A DNA stretch of 38,800 nt from Octopus bimaculoides (taxonomy: Eukaryota), in NCBI RefSeq assembly GCF_001194135.2, contig NC_068986.1, positions 26,218,418 through 26,257,217 on the forward strand, given 5' to 3'. Shown here piece after piece: positions 1-11,625 of this stretch. Below the pieces are notes generated by a model. It saw nothing but the letters and a program-made list of their open reading frames with translations, was not told where the DNA came from and did not search any database. Made by a program: the position numbers and the translations under genes. Positions within the stretch are counted from its first letter, which is position 1. Every line of letters starts with the position of its first letter.

Positions 1-53
<53 letters not shown>

Positions 54-72
54 ACATACATACATACACATA
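1..72. repeat. Compound microsatellite (TA)n-(TATG)n-(TACA)n
   Basis: Directly visible at the window start. Confidence 0.95.
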
Positions 73-100
73 CAGCGAGAAAGAGAGAGAACAGCATTAA

Positions 101-193
101 CAAGCAGTGATTAGGAATAAATGAACGGAGTCAAAATATGTCACAAGCATATTTTCACTAACCTAGAGTTTGTTTATTCCTAATCACTGCTTG
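101..193 (-). promoter_or_regulatory. Inverted repeat / RNA hairpin over the stop codon and putative poly(A) signal
   Basis: 101-121 CAAGCAGTGATTAGGAATAAA is the exact reverse complement of 173-193. There is also an inner stem, 133-140 AAAATATG with 148-155 CATATTTT, closing a 7-nt loop. The structure is certain, but the regulatory role is inferred. Confidence 0.6.
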
Positions 194-351
194 GTGCTGA
201 TGGTGCTATTTTTATCCTGTCCAAATGGTCCACTAGCGCAACCCATTCACTGTAGTTAAATCTACAGCTTTGAATCTGCCCATGGTTATCTCTCTTTGGC
301 ATTTCCCGTTGAGGGAGGCTAAAAAGCCATAAATGTACTGCTGAGAATCCA
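180..351 (-). CDS. Probable terminal coding exon of the minus-strand host gene; two alternative frames
   Basis: Pyrimidine tract and acceptor CCATTGCTTCCCTCTAG| (exon starts 351), with further AGs giving starts at 340 and 337. From a phase-1 intron, start 351 reads VDSQQYIYGFLASLNGKCQREITMGRFKAVDLTTVNGLR* (stop 233-235). Starts 340/337 read (A)VHLWLFSLPQREMPKRDNHGQIQSCRFNYSEWVALVDHLDRIKIAPSAPSSD* (stop 180-182). AATAAA follows on the minus strand at 173-178. Confidence 0.55.
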
Positions 352-520
352 CTAGAGGGAAGCAATGGATAGATATGGTGTTTTTACATCTTTCACTATA
401 AGAGAGAACTTTTTCTCTATGGAATTTGCTTTTGCAAGTTAAAATGTCATAAACATATTTTAACTAACCTAATACGTTAAAGGAGAGAGATACCAGAAAT
501 TATACTCTAATATACGTTAT

Positions 521-867
521 CTTTTACTTGTTTCAGTCAGACTGTGGCTATGCTGGGGCACCATCTTGAAAAATTTTGAATGAATCAACCCCAGTACTTT
601 TTTTTGTTTAAAGCCTGGTACTTATTCTATTGGTCTCTTTCACCAAACTGCTAAGTTACAGGGACATAAACACTGACAAATACACACATACACATATATA
701 TAAATATATATGCGAGAGGTTTCTTTCAGTTTCCATCTACCAAATCCACTCACAAGGCTTTGATCAGTCGAAAGCTATAATAGAAAACACTTGCCCAAGG
801 TGCCATGCCATGGGACTAAACCTGGAACCATGTGGTTGGGAAGTGAACCTCTTACCACACAACCACC
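521..867 (-). mobile_element. tRNA-derived SINE (CORE-like family, same as 13504-13957), decayed
   Basis: Reverse complement of the 13504 element: TTTTACTTGTTTCAGTC tail, internal CA/TA microsatellite, ACACTTGCCCAAGGTGCC core and CTTACCACACAACCAC head. Confidence 0.85.
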
Positions 868-2105
868 TATTAATTAATACTGAATGATATATAATACAGC
901 TTATTATAAAGACTATATAATACATATTGTATCGCAAGTGGTTGGCATTGAGTTTCAGATATATCAATTATGACAAAATAAAGTTGGAGTTGAACTCTGA
1001 AGGTCATTTTGATATTGGGAGGAGGAATGAGTATGATAGAAGACTGTAACATCCTATAAATAACTGAAATACAGAGATGTATCAATGGTTAATGTAGAAA
1101 AGATTTTAATCAGAAGAAAGGTACAGTAATTAGAGGAATACACAAGGGTAAGCAGAATTTTAAACACTAACTTCATAACATATGATGAGATAAAACTGAT
1201 ATTCAGGATTTGTTTTTTCATACTAGCCTGTGTTAGATGAACACATGTTGAGGCATTATTTCATTGATGGATGCCCTTCCTGCCACTAATTCTTACTTAT
1301 TTTTTTAAGTAAGGGAGCTGTCATTCTACTAGTCTTTGAAAGTGCAGAGCTACCAGATGATTTACTGACAAAGAAATGAGACACCAGTGGCTGTAGCTCA
1401 GGGATTTTTCATGCAATCACAGAAAGTAAGCATTCACACTCAGACACACATGATGGACTTTCTATCTCCCAAACTCATTAATAAGGCATTAATCAGCTTA
1501 GGACAATAGTAGAAGACACTTAGCCAATATGCTGTGGCATGTGGTTTTGCAAAGCAAACTTTTTAACCACACAACCATGTCTGCACTTAAATTTTTTTTT
1601 TGTTTTTTGTTCCCCCATCTAAAATATTAGTTTGTATAATTTAATATTTCCAGGTATAACAGAATTCAGTGCATAAGCATTATCAGTTGAAATGAAAATA
1701 TTTACCTGATAATAAATACATTACAAATATATTAAATTTATAATATCACTTATAAATGCCATCAAAAGAATCAATTTCATTATTCCTACTTGTGTACAAT
1801 ATACGATTTAATTGCCATTACAGCTGACAGGACACTTTGCTCTGAAATTCTTTGCATTACACACATACTGATACACACATACTGATACACTCTTAAAATG
1901 TTCCAGTGTAAACACTTTAACACTTCAGAGTATTTGTTGTTGACTTTCTAAAATAAGTGTTGCCTAATTGGTAAGGTATCAGTTTTAGGAATAATGAAAC
2001 TATGTCTGTTAGACTTTCTCTTTGGTCAATAATGCTCTTCCTGCTCATGAAACAAAAATATAATTTTTGTAAAAAAATTCCACCATCTTCCACAATGACC
2101 CTTAC

Positions 2106-2134
2106 TTGGATGCATTAAAACAGTGTTATACTGT
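2106..2134 (-). CDS. Candidate 29-nt cassette microexon (reads DSITLF* from a phase-1 intron)
   Basis: Acceptor TGTTTTCCCTTTTAG| and donor CAA|GTAAGG flank ACAGTATAACACTGTTTTAATGCATCCAA. Splice signals only, with no transcript support. Confidence 0.35.
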
Positions 2135-2151
2135 CTAAAAGGGAAAACATT

Positions 2152-2355
2152 TTAACCCTTTAATATTTAGATTACTCTGTCAAATGTAATACTTATTCAC
2201 ATTGTTTTGAATTAATCTTACATTATCTCATAGCTTCATGATTTCAATGATAGGATTGTTTATTTTTAGAATGATATTGTAGAGTAGGTGTGTAAGAGGC
2301 CAGACCTGGCTGGTTTGAGCATAAAGCAAGTAAAATATTTGGCTCTGATATGGCC
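2152..2355 (+). mobile_element. piggyBac-type MITE (TTAA-CCC terminus), right end truncated
   Basis: Starts TTAACCCTTT. The body aligns by eye with the 19929-20245 copy (TTTTTAGAATGA.ATTGTAG...GAGAGG...TGGCTGGTTTGA.CATAAA...GATATGGCC). Confidence 0.7.
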
Positions 2356-3070
2356 AACAAAGAAGTAAGCCATAAAAATTCTCCTACAATTAGTAGTATA
2401 ACCTGAAATTTCTACGATCAACACCAATTCCTATTATAAGATTCTTTTCCAAACTATTTCTCTTTAATAAATTTTCCAAGACCTCCAATATCAGAACATC
2501 AAACTACAGAAACTGAGAAAAAAACTGGTTTTGCAAATATCAAGGAAAACAAGGTTCCAGCACAGGTTAAAGAGTAGACAAAATAAGAAACTAATTATTA
2601 GATTAAGAACTGGAACATTTAAACCAAGAACACAAAAAGAACAAATTAACAACAGTGCCATTAGTAAAGAACAACATACTTTTAAATATAAAAACATTAA
2701 CAGAAACAAACAATTGTGATTGTATGTATATTTCTCTAGAGAAGAAAAATATGCAAAATTAAGCCGTACATATTACAGAGAAAGAAATTTAGAAGAGATA
2801 AAAGTAAATATTAAAATCAAATTAAGTTAACTAATGAGTAATTAATTACAACAGCTCATAATTAATTAATCAATATTCTTCTTTAAATCCCTGAACCTCT
2901 AAATGATGTCAGAAAAAATTTAAGATCTTAGAGAATGTAGCATGGATAAATAGAAATTAATTTAGTACTAAATTATAAAATGGGAACTATATTCACAGGC
3001 TACTGAAATAGACTAATACATGAACTTTACCCTAATGGAGAGTCTAATATATCATGTGCAGAGAATTGGA

Positions 3071-3257
3071 TGCAAAATGTTCTCTAACTTGGGTAATGCT
3101 TACTATAACATGTGCAATGTTCTCTTGCTAGGGTAAGGCTCACAATCACATGCAAAATGTTCTTTTGCTCAGGTAGTGTTTACTGTCACATGTGAAATGT
3201 TCTCTTGCTAGAATAATGTTCACTGTCACATATGTGATCTCATTAGGGTAATGCTCA
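3071..3257. repeat. 40-bp minisatellite, about 4.5 units
   Basis: Units start at 3071, 3111, 3151 and 3191; consensus approx. TGYRAAATGTTCTCTTGCTAGGGTAATGYTYACTRTCACA. Confidence 0.9.
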
Positions 3258-3469
3258 TAGGGGCCGTATAGTCATGGAGTGCTACACCTCTTACACTTGC
3301 TTGACAATTATCATTATTAACAGAGTTACTATCCAATATAGTACATCATTATAACAATATTAATGCTTTAAAAAGGTAATTATGAAAATACTAAGGAAGT
3401 GAAAGCTGCATGAAATTCAAAATATTGCTTTTACTGACATTGCTACATCATTCAAATACAATTTGCCAG

Positions 3470-3675
3470 AACCCGCCTGACTGGCCCACGTGTCGGTGGC
3501 ACGTAAAAGCACCCACTACACTCTCGGAGTGGTTGGCATTAGGAAGGGCCTCCAGCTGTAGAAACTCTGCCAAATCAGATTGGAGTCTGGTGTCGCCTCC
3601 TGGTCCACCAGTCCTCAGTCAAATCGTCCAACCCATGCTAGCATGGAAAGTGGACGTTAAACGACGATGATGATG
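3470..3675 (+). mobile_element. RTE-LINE 3' UTR / tail fragment ending in (GAT)n
   Basis: GGTGGCACGTAAAAGCACCCACTACACTCTCGGAGTGGTTGGCATTAGGAAGGGC...AACCCATGCTAGCATGGAAAGTGGACGTTAAACGACGATGATGAT. The same tail follows RTE coding sequence at 21850-22228 and 36810-37290. Confidence 0.85.
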
Positions 3676-5355
3676 TTCATTTACTTGTTTTTTACATGTG
3701 TAATTTGAAACAAGCTACTCTTAACCTATCTTGCTCCACGTCATCAGATAATGACAATGCAAAAGATTTATTCAAATTGTGAATTAATTAATAATATCAA
3801 TTATTAATTAATAACATTACTTAAATGACCTAATTACTTAAGCCAATTTGGTAAAATAAAGAGTATGGTCATTTGAATCCACATCAAAACGTTACTGATG
3901 CTTATTTTACTGACAAAGAAATAAAAGACATGTTAAATCTAGAGGGGTTTGAAATCAAATCCAAAATGAATGCAGCTAAATAAAACAAATGCTTTTGGTT
4001 ATTTCCACTATTCGCCAACTTATTGTACCATTCCATTAATTGAGAATTTAAAAACCTATACACAGAGTAATACTTGTACTATACTTATCAACAGAAAGCA
4101 AATAAATAACCTGTTCATTTCTTTCACTAAATATTCTCAATTTTGACACTTGTTATTTGTAACCATGCACCAAAGCATTGTCACTTGCAAGAATCCATCT
4201 AAAATATACGTGTATTTCATTTTACATATAGCAACTAGACTATTAAAATTTTCTGTTACTATTGATTTAGTAAGTGCATGGTGAAAAGCAATTTGTTGTA
4301 TAAATATATTGGCTCTACAACTAAATATATTGATATTTAATTTAAACTATCAAAGATTCTGGAGTAGAAATTGCTTTCATAGAAAGATGAATGGATGAAG
4401 AGAAATATGTTCTGATTCAAAATAGATTCTCCATTTATATGGAAATTTCTTTAAAATGTTTAATGTAAAAACAATGTGATAAATATGAAAGATCAGTTCT
4501 AAAAGTTAATTGATAGTAAGTATCTTTATGAAATAGCAGTAGTAAAAATGTCTTCATGCTCCATAAACCTAAAGAGCAGGAAACCTTGGTTTGAGCATGG
4601 GTTTGTTATATGGAAAAAAAAAAATTCAAATCTGTATTGTTACTTAATATAAAAATTAAAAAGGTATGTAACTAAGAGTTCTATAACCAAGTTTCTAGTC
4701 TAATTTTAGTTTCTGGAAACTAATTACTTTCACTTTTTTGTTAAATCCTGAGAAATATGCAGTCAGCATAATCATATCTGCATCAAATTTGGTGTTATCA
4801 ACGAAAGGATAGGGTATTTTAAAAACAATGAAATCAAAATAGTTCATTTTGCACCTAATGTTAACTGAAAAGAAAGCAAACAGAATACATCAAGGAAATC
4901 AAAACTTCATAGCTACACACAGAAAGTAAATTAGTAAGATGTAATAATAGATATTATGATTAGAACGCATGTCCTACAAATAATATCTATTATTATTATT
5001 ATCATTGTTATTATTATCATTATGATGATGATGATGATGACACTGGTTAGAAAGAAATTGTCAGACTGATTGCAACTGATTAAATGTTTAGTAATCTAAA
5101 AATAAAATTAGCTGAGAAATAGGAAGCTAAAAATGCAACTTGTATATACAAGGATTAATATGAGTAAGCAAGAAGTTAATCCACTGAAAAAACAATTAAA
5201 AAAAGGAGGAGGGAGAAGAAAAGAGAGAAAAGTAAAAGAAATACATATGAGTCTTTGATGGGTCTGTTAAAAGTTAAGATTAGGATAGTTGCTGAGAAAT
5301 CTCTCTTGCAAACTCATTCAAGTTTCAAATATTAACAGCAAGTGAATACAGCTAC

Positions 5356-5478
5356 CTTTAGCTTCTGACTGTGGTGGAGATGTGATTTTCGATTCAGATT
5401 TGGGTGAACTGTTATTGCCTTCAGCTTCTCCATCAGCTGAGGTGGATACAGGTAATGGTTCTGAGTCATCAGCATCCT
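5356..5478 (-). CDS. Internal coding exon, 123 nt, phase 1-1: (E)DADDSEPLPVSTSADGEAEGNNSSPKSESKITSPPQSEAK; acidic, Ser/Pro-rich low-complexity segment
   Basis: Strong acceptor CTTCTTATTCCTCTACTATTTCCAG|, donor AAAG|GTAGCT (moderate). The frame is open and the phase matches the phase-1 end of exon 24051-24154. Confidence 0.75.
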
Positions 5479-7914
5479 CTGGAAATAGTAGAGGAATAAG
5501 AAGCAGGTGAAAGCTTCTTCCAGTCAAAGTCAGCAAAAGGGACCCAGCTGAATATACTTTGACCATAGCCATGACTACAAAAAAGCAATTCTAACATGAC
5601 ATGCAGCTAGCAGCAAACACAGGAGCAATGCTGCCATTTTATCTGCCCTGAGAAACTGACCACAATATCACTGATAAAAGCCAAGCAGAAGAAAGCGACT
5701 CACTGCCATGCACAGAACTGGCACCAATATGAAGAGATTTTTTTCAGTATATCAACCAATGAAATACTCTTCCAAAACAAATGAATTTACTGCTTTGATA
5801 AAAAGAAAATGACAAAAATTATTAATTTAAAAGCCAAAATCATTTCCACATATGGCAGCGTAACTTACAGACAGATACAATTTTCATGCAATGTACTTTA
5901 ACTCTTTCAGAGAAGCAATACAGAATTCAAAGTCAGTGCATATGAAATTTAAAAAAAAAAAAAAAAAAAAAAACCTTAAAGATATGTCGCTTACAAAAAT
6001 GTTAAACAAAGATATCAGAACAAATATATCAAATCTCCTCAAAATAACACTCTTATAAAATAATTATAAATAGTTTTACTTTTGACTTTAGAAAAAAAAA
6101 ATTAGGGGAAATAATATGGATGTAATAAATGCGTTACATTACACTGATAACTTTATTTTAACAACTGTATAATAGTATTTCTTTTTTCAATATGAGTTCA
6201 GAGAAAGGGAAATTTCAGCAAAAGACAGAGTTAAGTTATCATTTTAAGATGCCTGACTAGATTACTGAGCAAAAGGGGTGGTCACTTGAATTGGTAGACT
6301 AGTGATGACTTGCATCAACAAGAATTGGATTGGGATTAAAAACTGAAAAAGTATATGTTATCAATAAGATGCCTTCATTTTGGGCAATACTCTGACGAAA
6401 GGCATTACTGAAATAATATTAGTCTCTACTTCATTTCAGAGTATAACTACACTACATCAGTTTTTAATACTAAACTAGAAATTCTAAGATTAATGTCTTT
6501 CAGAAATACAGACACTATAGATAGATACTGTACTTAAAATTTATTATGATAGTTGTCTGGGTAAGCTGGACTACAAATACAAATGCTAAAAACTGGCCAT
6601 TAGCACTGCGCTATATCCTTAGGCAAGAAGCATTACTTGTCTTAGCTGAAAATAGAATTCATTTGCCATTTAGAATTAAATAGTACTAAGTACTAAGCAC
6701 ATCTTGCAAATGCAAATATCTAAATTTGTAAACATCTAACCATTTTTTCAAAAATGATTTTGTAGTGCATATTTCATACTACCAATTGTTAACGTTTGCT
6801 ATGATACAAACAACTACTCTGAATAGAATCAAAGCTCTTTTCCAGCCATATTTAATATTGACGCAACAATTAAAAACATTTCTTTTAAAGAAACATGCAA
6901 AATACATCAATACTAACAATTGCACATTTAAACATACAACAGATATACAATGAATGTAAATCACAAAATATATAACCAACCCTGGATAAAATAATAAAGG
7001 TTTTAGAGGAAAAAGATTGAAATTAATTTCATTCTGTATCATTTCGAAAAAGACATATTGCATATGAAAAAAGAGTATAAATTAATTGAGCATAATATAT
7101 TTCAGTTGTTTGGCTAATGTACATAAGTCAAATTTATTACAAACAATAATTAAGATAATTATATTTAATATTTATAAACATTGCTTAATAAGCAAATCTA
7201 CATTCACTGGAACAGCCATGAACTACCAGTTATTGAGTCCACAACAGCTTTGATCTGAAAAACCATGGGCAGTAAGAATGACTCACTGTAAGCAGTAGGT
7301 AAATTCTGATAAGTGAAATAATTAGTGCTGGAGGTAGATGTAAGAAGTGACAATGAAACAAAGAGGGCCAAAGTATTTAGAAAACTGCTACTTCAGTTAG
7401 CAGCAGCAAGAGTTTTCTAAATAGCAGATACTATGAGGTAATATATATGAAAGTGAAGCTGTTAGACAATGAATGTAGGTATTTACAAATGGAGGACTAT
7501 GTTAAACAAAAAACCATCTTGAGTGCAAATGACTTGACAAAATAGATTGGCTTCAAAGACATTGGTCAATGTTTACAGCACAAAGTGACATAATTTCAAA
7601 TAAAATCTACTGCCTACATGTTTCAGTTTTAAAATAAGAATTTTGAAGGATTTAGTATATCTTTTTCATTTTAATGATGTTGGTTGAAATATATCATAAA
7701 ATTTTTTTTTTTTAATTATGAAAGTTTCATTTCAGATTTTTGGGGGATGGGTATCGTATTTATGAACAATAGCGTCAATGATTGCAGATTTCAACAGCTC
7801 AATTACTGGTTCAATGCTTTTATAGTGGCAAGAATAAAGGAATATCTGTACAAATCAGGCAGAAAATATGGTAAAAAGTTTTTTTTGTTGATAAGCATCA
7901 GTTTATCACTTTTC

Positions 7915-8135
7915 CCAAGTGTTTACATCTTGCAAGTACTTGGCAGCCTCACTAGCGCTGATGCCACACACACACAGACAAAAGAACCCTGGATACACTG
8001 TAAATTGGTTGGCATTCAGCTGTAGAAAGCTGCCAAAGTAGACATTGGTGCTTGGTGCAACCCTCTGGCTCATTTATTCCTGTTTAACCATCTAACCCAT
8101 GCCAGCATGGAAAAAAGAACATTAAATAATGATGA
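7915..8135 (+). mobile_element. Decayed non-autonomous element with RTE-type tail
   Basis: TCTTGCAAGTACTTGGCAGCCTCACTAGCGCTG...AACCCATGCCAGCATGGAAAA..ACATTAAATAATGATGA; similar to 22400-22620 and 38105-38300. Confidence 0.7.
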
Positions 8136-9199
8136 AAGACACACACAACAGGCTTCTGTAGCAACTTCAGTTCACTCACAAAATATTGGCCAATTCAAAG
8201 TTATAAGAAGATTCTTAGATTGCTGGAAAGTGGGATCAAACCTGATTTCACATGGTTACAAAGCAAGCTTCTTCAACACATATCCATGTCTGTGTCCACA
8301 ATGTAAACAATTTAGCATTGATAATTTTGCAAAAATTAACTAGAAGTGGTCTCAACTGGGTTACTGTAACAATGATAATACACTGTAAATGAATAATTTT
8401 AGCCAATAGTTATTGTTTAACCCCAAGTCCTGATTTAACAGGCCTATGATGAAAGGTATTCCATGTGGTATCACAGGGACCATCTTTTTGTTTTTTTTCC
8501 AGGCATAAGACACTTAAGACTACATTACTTAATGTGCCCCTCCTCCTTATTATTTCTGAAGCTGGTAGAGTGTGAATTCAAGGAGTTATTTCTTTTGAGT
8601 CAAGCAACCATATAGGGGCTTCCACATTGGCTCATTTGAGACAAATATGGAAGGTTCCTGTAAATGCAAATAAAGTGCACTGAGAACATTTAGATTAGTA
8701 AAACGTCCATTTGGTCAATCTAATGAAATGACATAGGATGTTGCTTTACAGATGCATCCATCCTATGTTGATGATGCTGATTTTGATTGCTTATCTCAAT
8801 ATTTGGTACCCAAGTTCAAAGGTTACTCAACAGTAACCTTTGAACTTGAGTAGTCTATAAATCATTGTTTTCTTTCTTCAACATTTTAGTTGCAACTGAC
8901 CTTTGAATATTATTTACAAAATGTATAGAATTTGATCTTTCAACAATAACAACAGCAACAATAATAGTTATTTCTAAAATAGTCACATGGTCACAAATTT
9001 AAGGGAGGTGTTCGTCAATTAAATGGACCCCAATTCTTGATTGATAGGTAATTTCAATTGACTCCAAAAAGATGAAAGATAATGTTGAGCACATCAAGAT
9101 TTGAACACAGAGTGTAGAGAGCCAGAGCATATACTGTAAAGCAGTTTGTCTAACAATTCTACCAATTCCCCATCTTCAGTAATTTCTATCACTAGCAGA

Positions 9200-9370
9200 A
9201 GACCAGAAAATAGGGGGGGAGGGGTGTAGTTGATTGACTCCAGTATTTGATGGATACTTTACATTTCATCCCTGGAGGGATGAATGGTAAAAGGGCGACT
9301 GCAATGGAATTGAACTCAGAATGTAAGGAACTACAAAGTACTTTGTGCAACACTAGTAATTCTGCCAATC
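9200..9370 (-). mobile_element. Decayed tRNA-derived SINE (family of 27437-27664)
   Basis: GACTCCAGTATTTGATGGATACTTTACATTTCATCCCTGGAGGGATGAATGGTAAAAGGGCGACTGCAATGGAATTGAACTCAGAATGTAA...CTAGTAATTCTGCCAA is a diverged reverse complement of the 27437 element. Confidence 0.65.
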
Positions 9371-11625
9371 CATCATCACCACCACCATCATTATGTTGCA
9401 TGGTTAAATTTAGTTGGCTAAGCTATTTTAATGATCATTTATTTTCCTTTCCTTGCATAGATTACATAGTACTGTCTGAACAGATCTGGTATTATTCTAA
9501 ATTAATATAATTTACTTAACTAACTTCTCCTAGGTGATACTAGATAATCCTGCTAGTCAAGAAATATATAACCAAAGCAAGGCGTTGCCAGCTGTTTAAC
9601 TTAACCGAAAATATAGAGCAGAAATTTTGAATGATTAGAAGAAAGGCTGCTAACAGCTAAGCTTTATAGTTGTTTTACTTTTTTTTTTAACACACACACA
9701 CACACACACATATTTATATGCCCACAACAACTTTATATATACATGAATACTTTAAATTACTTTAAGTGCAAAAAATTATAATACAATGGATCTAATTTTG
9801 AATTTTAGGGTACTGCAGATATATGATATCAATTTTACAATAAATATAAACATCAGCTATGAAACCAAAATAGGTGAGATCATTTATGAAAAGCTTTTAC
9901 AAACAACATAACAGAGGCTTTCAGCTTCTATGGTGATCAAGGCATGATGTAAATTTAGAGACAGATGAAGCTGCAAATCTAATCAATTTGTAAGTAGTAA
10001 AAAGACAAGTAAAAATGATTTTTTAAAAAAACATTACAGTAAAAAAAAAAAAAAGAAGTATTTTTATTTGTCTTCAAAACACAAAAATAATTTACTCTGA
10101 TGGAATACTGAAAACAGCTAATTTCTAAGTTTAAGAAGCAATTACAGTAATTAATATAGTGACTGAATAGAATGGAATGGAATGACTGAGCCAAAAGCCA
10201 AACTCCTTCAGAGATTGCATTTTATTTTCAGCCAGTATATATCATTTGATCTGCTAGATAGAAATACGTACTACTCTCACTTTACAGAAAGGCTGAGAGC
10301 TTGTAATCATTCAATAAAATATTTCCTTTTAAAAATTATAGCATAGCAAAACATACATTCTAAAATGAATTGTGTTAATATCACATCCATTCTTTACAAA
10401 TCAACTTTTATTTTTCCATGGTGTCATTAAAAATATATACATCCATGAGTTTTTCCCTATTAAGTTAATAACAGTTTTCTTCCAAAGGACTAAAATCATA
10501 CTTTTTCTCATCAACAGTTGAAAAACTGCTCCTAGCCATTTCTATAACAAAAAAAATGAGGTTTTTAATATATGATTGAATATATTTTCTTTTTCAGGTA
10601 AGTTAATTTTTCACCTAATGTTTTATTGAATGAAAATTAATTTCAGTTATTAGTTTCATGACTGTTTCACTCTCATTAGAATTAGTTCAGAGCAGCAGCT
10701 CGCCAAATAGAATGCATTCCATCACTGGCATTATTGTGTATCTCTAACAAAGATAGCAAAATTCTCAACAGTTCACTTTCCCTTATTGTCAATGGGTACC
10801 AGTCTATTGATATGGGTAACCAGAGCACTGTGTAATTTACTTTTATTTCATTAACCTGCAGTGCTAAGATGGAATCTACTCAAAGCCAATAAAAAAGATA
10901 ACAAATTTTCTCCTTTAAATCAAAAAAAAATCTTATCACTGATGAATATATAATTAGAAACAGTCAAACAATTGGTTCAATTTATCCCAGTTGTGTGAGA
11001 CAAATTAAGTACCAATTAATTGATTCAATGTTGACTGAGCGAAGTTGAAAATATCAACTGGTTGGATACTTGTTTGGCAGGAAACTATTGTTGGATGAGC
11101 AAAGAATAACTTTCCACTATATTGTTTTAGAGTGTCTTGTAGATAAATAACCTTTGACTAAGCTCCAGAAGCTCATTTACTCCTCCAATATGAAAAAATA
11201 AAACAAGATAGCAATCAAGCCATCGGTTAGATATAAGACGGAGTGTAGAATAATAGCATGGAACTGAATGTAAGACAAATATTCATCATTATATAGTAAG
11301 GAAAGAAGTAGAGACAATGTAGGTGACAGTGATTGTTATCAATATACTTAATGGAGATCTATAAGAACCTTCATGTGAAAGAGCTGATGAAATCTCTGAT
11401 ACAGAAATGATATTTCCCAAAATAATTTAAAATTCAATGAATATTTGAATATTTTATGAACTAAAGAAGAATTATTGTACGTACTTAACACACTTTAATT
11501 TTCATAAATAAGTATTAGGTATTAATCTACCTTGGATGTTACACTGTGATAGCTAACATTTTCAGAGAGGAAACTTTGTAATCATGCAAATAGGTAAGAA
11601 TCTTAATTTATTTTATTACTAAGGT

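Noticed and set aside
180-260. Naming the gene MGRN1/RNF157 from NGLR and PSAP
   Set aside because: The two motifs are in different frames and the other exons do not resemble that family, so no gene symbol is assigned.
3071-3257. CRISPR-like array
   Set aside because: The units are contiguous with no unique spacers, the genome is eukaryotic and there are no cas genes; it is a minisatellite.
5318-5572. 84-aa single-exon ORF starting MAMVKVY
   Set aside because: The hydrophobic N-terminal part is the polypyrimidine tract of the acceptor at 5478; only 5356-5478 behaves as an exon.
7684-8025. 113-aa plus-strand ORF
   Set aside because: It has no ATG start, runs into a repeat tail, has low-complexity F/I/L/K composition and shows no domain.
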